Shown one piece after another: positions 27,901 through 41,762 of a stretch of DNA of 64,000 bases (positions are counted from its first letter, which is position 1; each line of letters starts with the position of its first letter). The notes under the pieces were generated by a model that had not been told where the DNA came from, searched no databases, and saw only the letters and a program-made list of their open reading frames with translations. The translations under genes and the position numbers were made by a program. The stretch is from Amoebidium appalachense (Eukaryota > Protista > Ichthyosporea), in assembly GCA_963693365.1 (NCBI GenBank), contig CAVNZM010000013.1, positions 5,508,640 through 5,572,639 of the forward strand, given 5' to 3'.

Positions 27901-29360
27901 CACAGACAGAAACACACATATATCGCACACTTGCATCTAAGCACAAATGCACACACATACAGCTTTTCAACACCCTATCATGCGGTAATCTCTGGTTTGC
28001 GATTACACCGGCACACACACACACACACACGTACACACTTAGCACCGGCTGTTTGACACCTTCTTTGCCTCAGTAAATTGACCACATTCACGTACACACG
28101 TACAAACTTAAGCACCTGCCTTTTGAAACCCCTTTTCCCTAGTAAATCCTCAACTGCACGAGTACGCGTCACATGCACACGTATGTGAACCCCCCCCCCC
28201 CCCCCCCCTCGGCCCGTATACCCCTCTCTGCATCAAACATTCCATCGTTTACACACACGTACACACATGCACACACGTGCGCACATACACATACCACCCC
28301 AGCTAACACCCCTCTTATTACAGCAAATGCTCAACAACCCCGAGCTGATGCGATCCATCATGATGGCCAACCCACAAATGAGGGAGCTGCTTGAGCGCAA
28401 CCCAGAGCTGGCTCACGTCTTCAACGACCCACAGATCATGCGCCAGGTGTGTGTGTGTGTGTGTGAGGGGGGGGGGAGGGGGGGTGAATGGGTGGGTGGG
28501 TGTGTATTTTTGGGGGGGGCGGGGAGGGGGGGGGGGGGATTGGGAATGTGTGTGGGGGGGGAGGGGGGGAGGGGATGGGTGTGAGTGGGTGTGGGGGGAT
28601 GAAGGGAGAAGGGGGTGGGAAGAGAATGGGAGGGGTACATGGGAGACAGCAGCTAAAAGATTATGATCGGAATATCGATGGAATAGGTGAAACGGGGGGG
28701 AAGGGGGGGGGGGGGGGGGGGGGGGTCGTTGATGAACGGAGAGGGTGGCGGACTAGGTGATGGGAGAGGGGAAGGAAGAGGGGTGTGGGTGTTACAGGTT
28801 GACGGGAAGGATACACTGGAATAAGAGGAATGGAGGTGAAGGGGGAGGGGGGAAAGGAAGAGAGGGGAGCGGGGCGGAAGTCAACTGTTCCTTTTTCCTC
28901 TCCCCCCCCCCCCCCCCTCTCCCCCTCCCCCTCCCGTTTGCCCCATCAGACGATGAACATGATGCGCAACCCTTCTCTGATGCGTGAGATGATGCGGTCC
29001 AACGACCGGGCCATGGCCAACATCGAGAACCATCCAGAAGGCTTCAGTGCCCTGCGCAGGATGTACACAGACGTGCAGGAGCCCCTCATGAACGCTGCTG
29101 CAGACTCGGTGCGTGCGTGTGTGTGTGTGCGTGTGTGTGTGTGTGTGTTGGGGTGTGCGTGGGGGGTATTGGGTGCGTGGGGGGGTGGGGGTATTGTTGG
29201 GGGGGGGGGGGGGGGGGGGAGGGTAGGAGAAAGAGGGGGGCGAGGGGGGGGGGGGGGGGGGAAGGGGGGATGTGGGTGTGATTGGGTGGGCGGATGGGCT
29301 GTTTGGGTGGGTAAGTGGGTTTGGGGGGGGGGGGGGGGGAGGGGTTGGTGTGTGCATGTG

Positions 29361-29400
<40 letters not shown>

Positions 29401-29559
29401 GTCTTTGTTTTTTGGACCGTGTGTGTTGGGAGGGGAAGGGGGGGGGGGGGGGGGGGCTGGTGTGTGTGCGTGTGTGTGTGCACGCGTCTGTGCATGTTGA
29501 AGTGTGTAATACGGATGGAGAATGGCGGAAAGGAAAGGGGGGGGGTTAGAGAGAGAGTG

Positions 29560-29591
<32 letters not shown>

Positions 29592-29925
29592 CCCCTTCCT
29601 TTGTTGTTGTTGTGGTGTGGTTTAGATTACCGACAGATGACACTCACACTGACGTCAATACGGCACAGTATCGATGTCACATTTACAACACGGCAAGAAC
29701 ACGGACTCAACCCCGAACAACCCCCCTCTCGCCCCCTTTCCCCCCATTCTCTTTCCCTACAGTTCCAGACCACACAGACACAAAATGCCAACCCGTTTGC
29801 AGCCCTAGCTGCTGGTGGCCAGGCAACGGGCACGGCTGCAGCAAGCACAACCGGGAATGGTGGGTCTTGACTGCCCCTCTCCCTTGGAATGTATACTTCG
29901 GGGTTTTTTCGTAACTTTCTTGGTC

Positions 29926-29962
<37 letters not shown>

Positions 29963-31173
29963 GCTCTTTTCGTTCTGTCTTTCCTCTTCCTTCATTTTTT
30001 TTTTTTTCCTTTTTTTTTTTTTATGTGTATGTGTGTGAGGTTGATGGTGGTGGTGGTGGTGGCGGTGGTGTGTGTGTTTGTGTATGTGTGTATGCGCGTG
30101 TGTGTGGGTGTGCGTGTGTGTGTTTGTGTGTGTGCGCGCGCGTGTGGCCGGGGGGGAGGAGGGGGGAGGGAGGGGAGGCCATTGATTGGGTGGGTTGGCG
30201 GGCATTTTGCAGGTGGTGTTTGTACCCCCCCCCCTTCCCCCCCCCCCGGTTCTCTTAATTGGGTTTTCCTGCAGCCACTGGCGCTTCCGACACTCTGCCC
30301 AACCCCTGGGCTCCACGGTCAGCACAACAGCCAGCAGCAACCGCACCAGCAGGTATGCTGCCTGATATGATAAGAGAGTAGATTAAATATGAGAAGAAGA
30401 ATAGGATCATAATATCGTTGTTAAAACAACTAAGCGTGGTTTGTGCGCCCACCATCACACACACCATTTGACGCAACAGGAAAGGTAACAATAACCAACA
30501 AGCAAACAACCCAAGAAACCAAGCGAACTGTCGTTGCAAGCACCGAACCACACAGCTACATGACAAGAGAAAGAAAAAGGGGGCAAGAACTAACCCCCCC
30601 CCCCCCCCCCCTCCATGCTGAAAAAAATAATAAAATAATAATAATTGTATGTCGAATTGACAGTGTTATATGCTCTCGCTTACACACACACAGCAATGTT
30701 TAGCTTCAATGAGACCCACACTGACCTTTCTATACTATTTTCTAGCAGGCACACCGGGTGCTGGGGGGTTTGGAGGGCTTGGGGGTGACGGCGGAGCCAA
30801 CCCGATGCTGAGCATGCTGCAGAACCCAGCCATCCAGGGCATGATGCAGCAGATGGCATCAAACCCGGAGCTGCTGAGATCCGTACGTAGACACACAGGC
30901 ATACAGATGCATGCACGTGCATGGATATTCTTGTACGCGCACGTTAGCATGTACGGGCAGATGTGTACACACATGCACACGTGAATGTACACACATGCAT
31001 GCATGGATGCGCACGTACACAAATGCACACATGCAACGGCACGTATACACACACACAGACACACATCAATGTACATACATGCACGTGTGGAGGACTCGCA
31101 TGGGGAGCCCACGCGGTGCTTTAAGCCGTATATACACATAAGTTATGCAGGTGCATGTACACACATGTGCAGA

Positions 31174-31207
<34 letters not shown>

Positions 31208-31386
31208 TGCCCATTACACGTGGGAAGCCCACACATGAATGGTGAGCAACACCGAGCTGCTGAGATCCGTACGTGTGTATGCCATGCGCATATACACACT
31301 CTCACATAAACAATGCACTTGCACGGTCACATTTATGCGTGCACATGGGAGCACAGCTTTCAGAATGCACACAACCCCTTTTTTTT

Positions 31387-31447
<61 letters not shown>

Positions 31448-31781
31448 GGGGGTGTGGTGTGTGTGTGTGTGCCCGGGGGGAGGGGGGGGGGGGGGTAGAT
31501 GGTAGACGTAAGCAAAAGCATCAACTAATCTCTGTTGCTTCCAGTGAAGCGATCCAGTTGTGACCTCAAAGGTTTAATTGTGTCTCTGCCCGTATTTTTC
31601 GCATATTTCAGCAAATTTCAGAACGTAAAGGGAAGAGAGAACCTAGAAACTCACTTTCCCCCTTTCCTTGCCCAACCCTACACAGACCAACTTACCCCCC
31701 CCCCCCCCCCCCCCCCCCCCACCCCCCCCGCCCCCCAAAAAAAAACAAAAAAAAAACTTCCTTTTGTTTTTACTTTTTCCT

Positions 31782-31834
<53 letters not shown>

Positions 31835-32597
31835 TTCCTCCTCCCTCCTCTCTTCCCGTTCTCCCGTTTTCCCCCTTTCCCCCGTTTTGTTTCTTTCCCT
31901 TTGTGTTCCGTTTCCTTGTTTCCTTCCCCCCCCCCCCCCCCCCCCCCCACCTCTTTTTGTTTTCTTGTTTTTTTTTCTCTTTCTTTTTCCCAGATGATGC
32001 AGAACAACCCGTACTTTGCCAACAACCCGCAGCTTCAGTCGATGATGAACAACCCCCAGATGCTGCAGCAGATGTTCAACCCCCAGAACATACAGGTAGC
32101 GGCCCACAAAGGAGCACACGGACACACACACACATGCATGCACATGTGCACAAAGACACAACATGCATGCATACAAATGCACATACATGCATGCACATGC
32201 GCACACACATGCAAGCACACGCACATACACGAATGCACATGCACACACACATGCATGCCCAGGCACACACATGCAAAACACATGTTTGCAGATGTGCACA
32301 CACGCACATGCACACATGGGCACACATGTACGCACCCACCCACCCACATACAGGCATACACACATGAAACGCACGCAAGCACCCATGTGCGCACGCACAC
32401 ACAGAGAGATGAAGTGGGGGGGAGGGGAAAGAGAGAGGGGCTAGGGAGGGGGGGAGAGAGAAAATGACTGAGAGAGAGTGTGTGTTGGGAGAGGGAGAAT
32501 AGAACGGGAAGGTGTGTGTGAGAGAAAGGGTGTGTGAGAGAGAGAGGGAGAGAGAGAGAGAGAGTGTGTGTGTGTGTGTGGTGGTGTGTGTGCGTTT

Positions 32598-32687
<90 letters not shown>

Positions 32688-33820
32688 GGGAGGGGAGGGG
32701 CAGGGAGGAATGGAGGGAGGAACCAAAGAAGAGAAATGAGAGAGCAAGTGTCGGGTGTTGTGAATGAGCAAGATCCTGGCAAGTATGCATTATCCCTGCT
32801 TGGTTGCTTTTTGGCAGGTTACGCCAAGCCCGGCGCTATCACAACTTGAGATAGCCGGTGTAAACTCCATACCAATCCCTTTCCATTGGTCCCCACTTGA
32901 ATCTCATTAATTTTGTTGTGGGCCTAAGTTCTATACCCTTTCCATTGTTCCAAACCCCACACATCAACCTATTATGTAATCAAATTCAAACACTTTTGAT
33001 CAACCCAATGTCCATCTCAATCTTACCTCACTCTAACCCATTTCAAGCTGGCGCTAACCCACACACTCTGTCCAGGCCATGGTGCAGATGCAGCAGGCTA
33101 TGCAGCAGTTGCAGGGCGCCGGCCTGGTCCCACCGTGAGTTTTTGCCCCCCCCCCTCCCCCCTCCCCCCCCTCCCCCCGCCCTTTTTTTCCCCCCTCCAC
33201 GCGCTCGCACACACACACACGTACAGTCACCCACATACACACACACACACCTCCCTGTCGGCACTACATCTTGTATACTATCCCCTCTCCCCCCCCCCCC
33301 CTCCTCCTCCTCGCCCACCCTGCCTCCCCCCACCCTCCCCCACTCCTACCCCCGCTGTGTAATTTTTTTCAGTGCCCCCCTCGTCTGGCACCTTGGCTAT
33401 GCAACATCTTCGGAGTAATTAGATGGACAGGGTTTTTGAGTAAAGGGAAGCGTATGATCAGGAGAGATGTTGAGTAGAAGGCTTCTCGGGAGAGTTAAAA
33501 CCAATGCGAGTTTTGCAAAGCAAGGACTGGAGTTGAATAATTTGGGGGAGGGGGGGCACCGGGGGGGGGGGGGGGGGGGGGGAGGGGGGGAGGAGGAGGA
33601 GGAGGAAGTATGTGCTTGTTGGTGTGTGAGAGGTATTAGAGAGGGCATGGATGGTTCATGTATATGGATGGAGGGCACCAACTAGCCTTTTGCTCCTCCC
33701 CTGTCTCGTTCGATCTTTGTTCCTCAGTCTTTATCCACGCGCTGACACCGCAATTCTTTTGCCTTTCAGAATGCCCGGCTTGGGTGGGATGCCTGGTGCC
33801 GCCCCAGGTAAATTCCACTA

Positions 33821-33857
<37 letters not shown>

Positions 33858-34267
33858 AAAAAACAAAACAAAATAGTTGTGTGTTCTCTACTGGTGATGC
33901 ATTTTCTTTTGTGTGAGCACGTTTTTTTCAGTTTTTTCTGCAAATTCTGTGTTGCTGCAAATTCTGTGTTGTGCTTTAAGTCGTGAATGTGTACCGAGTG
34001 CTCTGTAACGCATTCTATCCCTCCCCCCCCCCCCCCCCCCCCCCCTCCCCTTCTTCACCACCACCACCACCACACGCATACATGCCCTGCAACTGGCCCC
34101 CCTACTGCATACATCCCCCCGCCGACCCGCTCTTACGGCGCCGTTCGAACATAAGAACTACCAATGTGACATACTGTGTGTGTGTTTCTTCCTTGCATAC
34201 CACTTACCCCCAGTGCCCTGCACCGTGTTTTCTGTTGTCTATATTCGCCTTTATACTATATATTTCT

Positions 34268-34308
<41 letters not shown>

Positions 34309-34919
34309 CTCCCTCCCAGTTACCACAACAATTTACCATCCCCCGTTGGGATACTGTCCTTTTTTTTTTTTTTTCACTTGTTGCAGATTCGAATATGTGA
34401 TTGTATGTCCAACCACCGGCATATCCACGCATGCATGTCTCGGATGGGGTTAATGCCATACATATCTAACCCTCCGCATATCTAACCCCATGCATGCATA
34501 TCCATGGGTGGGTATTTAAACCCCATGCATCCCATGCATATCTAATTCCATATCTATCTGCCCTACACATCTCAAACTCTTTCCCTATTCATCTTATACA
34601 TATCTAGCCACACACATATAAACACATTAATAATCCCACACATATCTAACCCCGGTGTTTTTCAGGTGGTGCCAGTGGTATGTCCGACGCCGACATGGCT
34701 GCCCTTTTGGGGAACCCCTTTGCCTTTGGGGGTATGGGGGGACTGGGTGGCGCCGCTCCGGCCGCCGCTGACACCCGACCACCCGAGGAAAGATTTGCAA
34801 ATCAACTTCAGCAACTTCAGGACATGGGGTTCTATGACAGAGATCAGAATATCGCTGCACTCCAGGCTACAAATGGGAATGTGAACGCGGCGGTCGATAG
34901 GCTGTTGGGTGCGTTCTAG
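24969..34919 (+). CDS. UBQLN: Ubiquilin/Dsk2 (UBL-STI1-UBA), 13 coding exons
   Basis: Exons 24969-25073, 25582-25684 ([11 protein letters not shown]), 26316-26470 ([10 protein letters not shown]), 26782-26976, 28324-28446, 28950-29108 ([20 protein letters not shown]), 29763-29859, 30275-30352 (LPNPW), 30746/30749-30882 (TAGCAG tandem acceptor), 31994-32095, 33076-33134, 33770-33807, 34666-34919 (UBA: [24 protein letters not shown]). Confidence 0.96.
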
Positions 34920-35826
34920 GGGGGTGGTGGGGATTTTTTTTGTGGTGTCAGTGGGTTGGGTTGGGGTGGGGTGGGGTGGGTTAAAGCGGGCATGTGGTGT
35001 TGTGTGTACTGCTCATGTGTCAATGTGTTTGTGCCCTTGGGCGTTGTTGGGTGGGTGATAGTAAGCACTGATACTTGGTGGCTGATAATAATTGCCGGAA
35101 AAACAAGGTTGTGTTCCACGATTACACGTGTTTTTTTTCCTCCCACTGTGGCGAGGATGCATGCTGCTGTGGCATTTGGGTAAAACGAATACACACATGT
35201 GTTTTGTACAGACTGATTCTTATACGAACATACCGCACCGCATCCCCCCCTTCCCCCCCCTTCTCCCACAACCCCCCAACCCCACCCTACCACGACGACC
35301 ACCATCACCACCACCACCTTTTTTTTATCTGGTTTCCTGCTCTAATTCTTTCTTTCCTTCGTTTCATTTCTTGGGCTGCTCGCGGTGTTTTCTTCTGGTG
35401 TACTTCTGGTGGCAACATTATGTTCGATACAATGCTGTGCATTGCATGCATACGAGTACAATAATCTCTCTATTGATATGCAAGGAGTTACGATATGCCG
35501 AATGTCCTTTTGCGTGTTCATAAAATAATTTATCGGTAGATTTATACTTTGAGGTGATCTTTGAGCAGTTTGCTTCTGGTGTTGAATACAGCAAAGTAAA
35601 TCATTGAATAATACCAACACGTGTTAGTGTAGTTACATGTGGCTCATAATTGAGTTAATAATTGTGTTTTGCAAACATTTTACTTGACACCCAGAATCCT
35701 CCCCCACTGCCCCCTGGCCCACCACACTGTCATTATCACACAGATGGCCACAAAGACACACAGACGCATGACCCCACACATGGCACACACAGTGTTGCAC
35801 ATGCACATGTACAACGCACACTGTGT

Positions 35827-35867
<41 letters not shown>

Positions 35868-36025
35868 GCGCGCGCGCACACACACACACACGCACACACA
35901 CACACACACGCACACATCCCCCCCTCCCCCCTTCCCCCCCCTCTCTCTCCGAGGCTCTCTTTCTCTCTCTCTCTCTCTCGTCTCTCCCTTTCCTCTCTCT
36001 CTTTCCCTATATATATATATATATC

Positions 36026-36095
<70 letters not shown>

Positions 36096-36352
36096 TGGTC
36101 CACCCTTCCCATGCACCGGCCGGGTCCCGAGGTTCTTTATCTCAAACACACTGTCATGCTAATTAGGTCACACATAATGTACATACACACGAACATGTAT
36201 ACATGTACACAGTTCTACAGTTGTAAAATTATGGCTCCATGAAACTTTTATAGCTTGATCCATTATGCCGGGCATATGAAATCTCTGGGCCTCAGTATGA
36301 AACTCCCCCCCTCCCCCCCCCTCAGTGACCCACCCACATCCCCCTCGTCGAC

Positions 36353-36390
<38 letters not shown>

Positions 36391-36499
36391 CACACACACA
36401 CACACAAAAGAAAGAAAGAAAGAAAACCATCAACTTGGATAACAAGCACGTACGAGCACATCCCGTGGCACACATACGAACACTTGTATGCACACATGC

Positions 36500-36622
<123 letters not shown>

Positions 36623-37367
36623 CACCCACAAATTTAACACGCCGTGGCATTGTTATATGAAACAAACATTTTGGCTCGCATGGTTTTCAAACTTTATGCA
36701 TATTCAAGCACAACACGCATGCACGTGTACACGTACGCGTACGCACAAATTTAATTTAAACGTCCACACACCCCTACACCGATCACGCATATACACAGCG
36801 CACGCACGCACACACACGCACACACACACACACACATGTACACAAACACACACTTGCATACACATGGTGGCACACAGATATATACACACACAGACCTGAG
36901 AGTAAGACCGTACCGAGGACGGAGGCCCTGCCAGGGGAAGGGAGGGATCGGGCTGAGCCTGGAGCCTGGCAATCGGGCCAAGGTGATGGATGATCATCCT
37001 GGGAGGGCGGCAGGTAGGCCCTGAGGGAGGGAGAGGGAAGGTCAGGGAGAGAGAGAGCGCGGTCACTGAACACAAACAACAAACATACGCACATCTGTCA
37101 CGTGCACAAGCACGCCCGCATGGTACGTCCCATACACGTGCACACGCATGATACCTGGTGACCGGCACTCTGAGTCCTAACACACACATACGCCAAACAA
37201 TTAAGATGTAGGTGCACCAAATAAAGCTATCGCAAGTATCGTTTCAGCTAATCAAGAACTGTTCCTTGTTTCCAAATAAAACTATTAATATTTTGGCTCG
37301 TGACCCGGCTCGCCAGCATTTTGGTCACTTGCGACGGCCCGAATCGCCGCAACAGCAAATTTACTCG

Positions 37368-37375
37368 TGACGTCA
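37368..37375. promoter_or_regulatory. Perfect CRE palindrome TGACGTCA upstream of the proteasome gene
   Basis: Exact bZIP CREB/ATF-type motif in a repeat-free region ~375 bp before the ATG. Function untested. Confidence 0.35.
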
Positions 37376-37748
37376 TGGTTTACGTTTCTTTGTTTCTCTC
37401 GGCCGCCCAACGTCGCAAACTCAAAAACTCACTAACTCCCTCCCAAACATCTAAGACACAAGACGCCACACATTCACTTATCTTTTCCTTCTCAATTGAG
37501 GTGTTTTAGTGTTTTAGATAGCTGTTGGGCATAAATATTAGGCATTTCTTAACAAGTTATTCGTAATCCTTCCAAGGATTTTTTTTTCGTGAGAACACAG
37601 ACATAGCGTTGGTCTTGTTTTTTGTGCCTCAACCCCACCGTCAACTCGTTCAGCAGCCACTGATCGGCGGTTTTGCCTGAGATTCGAACGCTCAAGCATT
37701 TTGCACATCCATAGAAACTCGTGTCAGTCACAAAAATTAACAGGCAAC

Positions 37749-39013
37749 ATGGATTTCTTGATTGGCATCACGGGCAAGGACTTCACTCTTGTCGCAGCTG
37801 ACAAAATGGCTGCCAGGAGCATTCTTGTCATGAAGTCAGGTGAGTGGTTCTATAACCTAACCCCCTCTCCCCCCCCCCCTCCACCCGCGCTCCCCCCGCT
37901 CTACCCTCCCTAGCTCCTCCCTTTCTTCTCGTTTTCACCCTCCGAGGCTGTAGAAATTATTGTTTCATGCGTAATGTGCACATCTATCTTCCCTTTCATC
38001 TTTCTCTTATGTTTGCGAGCTCTTCGCACTCATGTCGCTTGTTTGTTGCTTCCACACGTCACTTGTCATGGACAAGTATCTGGAGTTTGGATGTCAGCTA
38101 CGGGCAGATAGATGCCCGCACGCATAGTGCACACACACACTAGGAATGGATGTACACAAACCTAGTATCCCTACTCCACACAGATACACACACAACACAC
38201 ACGCGTGCACATGTGCACATGTGGCTGGGTGGCCCCCCTCCCCCCTTTCCCTTTTCTTCTCCCTCTCTCCCGGTCTCCCCCCCCCCTCCCCCCTCCCTCC
38301 CTTCCTCCCTCCCCCTCCCCCCCCCCCCCCCCCCCCTCCCCCACCCTCCCTCCCCTCTTCCCTTTCCCCCCACCCTTGCTTCCTCCATCCCTTCTGTCCA
38401 TCTCTCCCCGCCCTCCACAGTTTCTCTATCCGGCATCGCTTGCTATTATGTTTAATTTTTCTCCCCTTTTCTCGTTTCTCGTTCCTCTCCTCCCTCTTTA
38501 TCGGCATTCACTTGGTTTCTGCCCGTTCCCCCGTGGCTGGTGTTTCTTGTGTCCTCCCTCTCTTTCTCCAAATTTCGGTTCGGGATCTCTTCCACCTCCC
38601 TGTTTCTGTCTTCCTTCCTGTTTTGATTTTTTCCCCGTGTGTTCCCTGCCCCTGCTTAGGAATCCAATATTCTTTGTGGTCCATTCTATGTTGATGTTGC
38701 TTGCTTGTGTGTGTGCTGGCCTGCACTCTGAGGTTGGCCGCTCATGCAAGTGTACGCGTTCGTGCATGTGTGTGAGTGTGTGTGGTTTCTCTTTCTCTCC
38801 TGTTTTTTGAGGGCCAGGGGGTTTGGGGGGGAAACGGGTTGGTTTCAGCAATAGAGCACATGGGCTTTTTCATTGAAACATCGGGAAGCACTTTTTCACC
38901 ACGTTTTGCCAAAGGCGTAATCCCCCTCCCCCCCCCCCCCCCCTCCTCTCCCCCCTCCTCCCCCCCCCCCCCCCCTCCGCTTCCCCGTCACATATTCTTT
39001 TTTCCTTTTTTTT

Positions 39014-39080
<67 letters not shown>

Positions 39081-39421
39081 GAAGAAGAAGGGGGGAGGGG
39101 GGGAGGTGTGTGTGTGTGTGTGGGAGGAGGGGTTGGGGAGGGGGGCAGGGGGGAGGGGAAGGGGGGGGATCCTGGGTAGGATGGATAGGAGAAAGACGTA
39201 CGGAACATGGGGGGATTGATGGGGAGGGATATTTTATGGGGGGGGGGGGGGGGGGGGGGGGATGGTGTGGGTGTGTGTGTGTGGGTTTGTGCGTGGAGGA
39301 GGGGATGTGGGGAAAGGGGGGTGGAGGGGAGGGGAGGGGAGCAAGGGTCAAATAGAAGTAGGCTTTCAAATGGAACTCGTGTGCTTTGTTACGATGAGGG
39401 GAGTGGCCGGGGGGAAGGAGG

Positions 39422-39471
<50 letters not shown>

Positions 39472-40548
39472 CTTGCCGGGTGGGGGGGGGGGGGGGGGGG
39501 GGGGGCTTGCCGGAGGTTCTTGTTGTTTGGTTGTTTGAGCCCTAGAAGAAATTGCCTCTTTTTTCTTGGCGTGGAGGCTGTAGTTTTTTGATGTGGCTGG
39601 TTCTCCAAGCTTCTGTTTCTAATTGGCTTTATCGTCTTTCTTCTGACTGGCCGTGCCTGTAGGCCAGGAAAAGGCATGCCCGTTAACACGTATCTTTTGT
39701 TTGGTTGGCTGTGGTGACGTGTGGTTTCCGTTATATCTTTTCTCTTGGCTGATGTGTTATGTATCTTTCTTCCGATTACCTGTGCACGCGGATTCGCCTA
39801 CTGTCTAACTTGCTGTTTTCTTGTAGTAATATTATTGGTATTCGATTGGCTGCAGTTTCTTTTTCTTGGCGTTCCTATTGGCCGTGTTGTTTTACCCTTT
39901 TACTGATTCTGTTTCCGATTGGCTGCAGCCACATTGCTCTCTTTCCCTATTGGTCGCATTATTTTTATCTTCATTCTCATTGGTTGTCCATCTACAGACC
40001 AGGAGAAGATGCTGCCCCTTGGGGACCACACCATCATACTTCTTGCCGGGGAGCAGGGTGACTGCACGAACTTTGGCGAATACATTCAGGCCAACGTCAG
40101 ACTTTACGCAATGAAAAACGGTATGTACAGAATGCCCCTTCCCTTCCGTCCCTCTCCCCCTACTCTCGTCTCCTCCCGTCCGCTCCCGTCTTCATGTCTT
40201 TCTTTGGGAGGGCACAGGGACTCCTCACACACCCTGATGATGTGCTCGGTTCAAGTATTCTTTGCCTGCACGTTGTAATACAGTCTTGAGTGATTTTATG
40301 CACACAACCCCACCCCCCACCCCACCCCCACCCCTCGCATTCTCATCCGAAACACAAACCCACAAGCACGCACGCACAGGCATACACAACACACACACAC
40401 ACGTGCGTACACACACGCACACACACACACACACGAGCATGCGCGCACACACACGCACACACACACGGAGGAAAGAGGAGGCAAGGAGTATTTAGGTATC
40501 TGTGGGTGATGTGTTTTTGGCGTGGTTTTGTTCTAAATTGTGCACTCC

Positions 40549-40579
<31 letters not shown>

Positions 40580-40881
40580 TTTACCCACCAATTTATACTC
40601 TCCCCCCCCCTCCCCCCTCCCCCTGAGCCTCATACCTCATACCCCACTGCAACACACACACACGCACGCACACACATGCGCGTGCGCATGCACACACGCA
40701 TATGCACACACAGACGCATGCATACACACAGATACATCCTAACCCTCCCCTTCCTCCTCACTTCCCCCGCACCCACCCGCACACACACACACCCACTCTT
40801 CCTCCCTTCCCCCCCCCCCCCCCCCCCCCCCCCCCCCATTTGGGAACCTCGCTCTTTCTCTCTCTCCTCCCGTTGCCCCTC

Positions 40882-40925
<44 letters not shown>

Positions 40926-40960
40926 CCGGGAACGTCTTTCGCTCTCTCCTCCCCTTGCCC

Positions 40961-40991
<31 letters not shown>

Positions 40992-41305
40992 AAAAAAAAC
41001 CGGGGACTTTGCTCTTTCTCTCTCTCCTCCCCTTGCCCCCTTCCCCTCAACCGGCCTCAACCGGGCCTCAACCGGGAACCTTGCTCTTTCTCTCTCTCCT
41101 CCCCCCCTCCCCCCCCCCCCCCCCCCCGCAATTGATGACTTGGCCCTCCCTGAGGATGGGCTCTGCTTATGACGCATGCTGTGCGCATGGCTGATGTTGC
41201 ATACTTGAATGTTCGCCTTTGCATTTGTCCTTCGTGTATGCGTACCTCGTACCGTGTTCCGCATTCAAACCCCCCCCCCACCCCGCCCCCCCCCCCCTCC
41301 CCTCC

Positions 41306-41343
<38 letters not shown>

Positions 41344-41728
41344 TCTCTCTCTGTCTGTCTCTTTCTCGGCCAATCAATGCTATTCATGCTGAGTGCATGC
41401 CTGTGTGCATCTGTACATATTTTGAGCACACCATCCACCTCCCTCACACATATCGGCCACTGACCCTAAGTACTGTGTGCAGGTACCCCCCTGTCCACAC
41501 ACGCCATTGCAAACTTCACACGGGGAGAACTGGCAAAGTCCATCAGAAGCAGAGTACGTATGCCGTGCTCTCCCCCCCCCCCCCCCCCCCCCCCCCCGCG
41601 CGGCGCCTTTTCCAACACATGCGCAAATAAATACACACCAAGAATGCACACACATGACTCGCGCGCGCGCGCGCACACACACACACGCGCGCGCGCGCGC
41701 ACGCAACGAGACATGCACACATTCGCAG

Positions 41729-41762
<34 letters not shown>

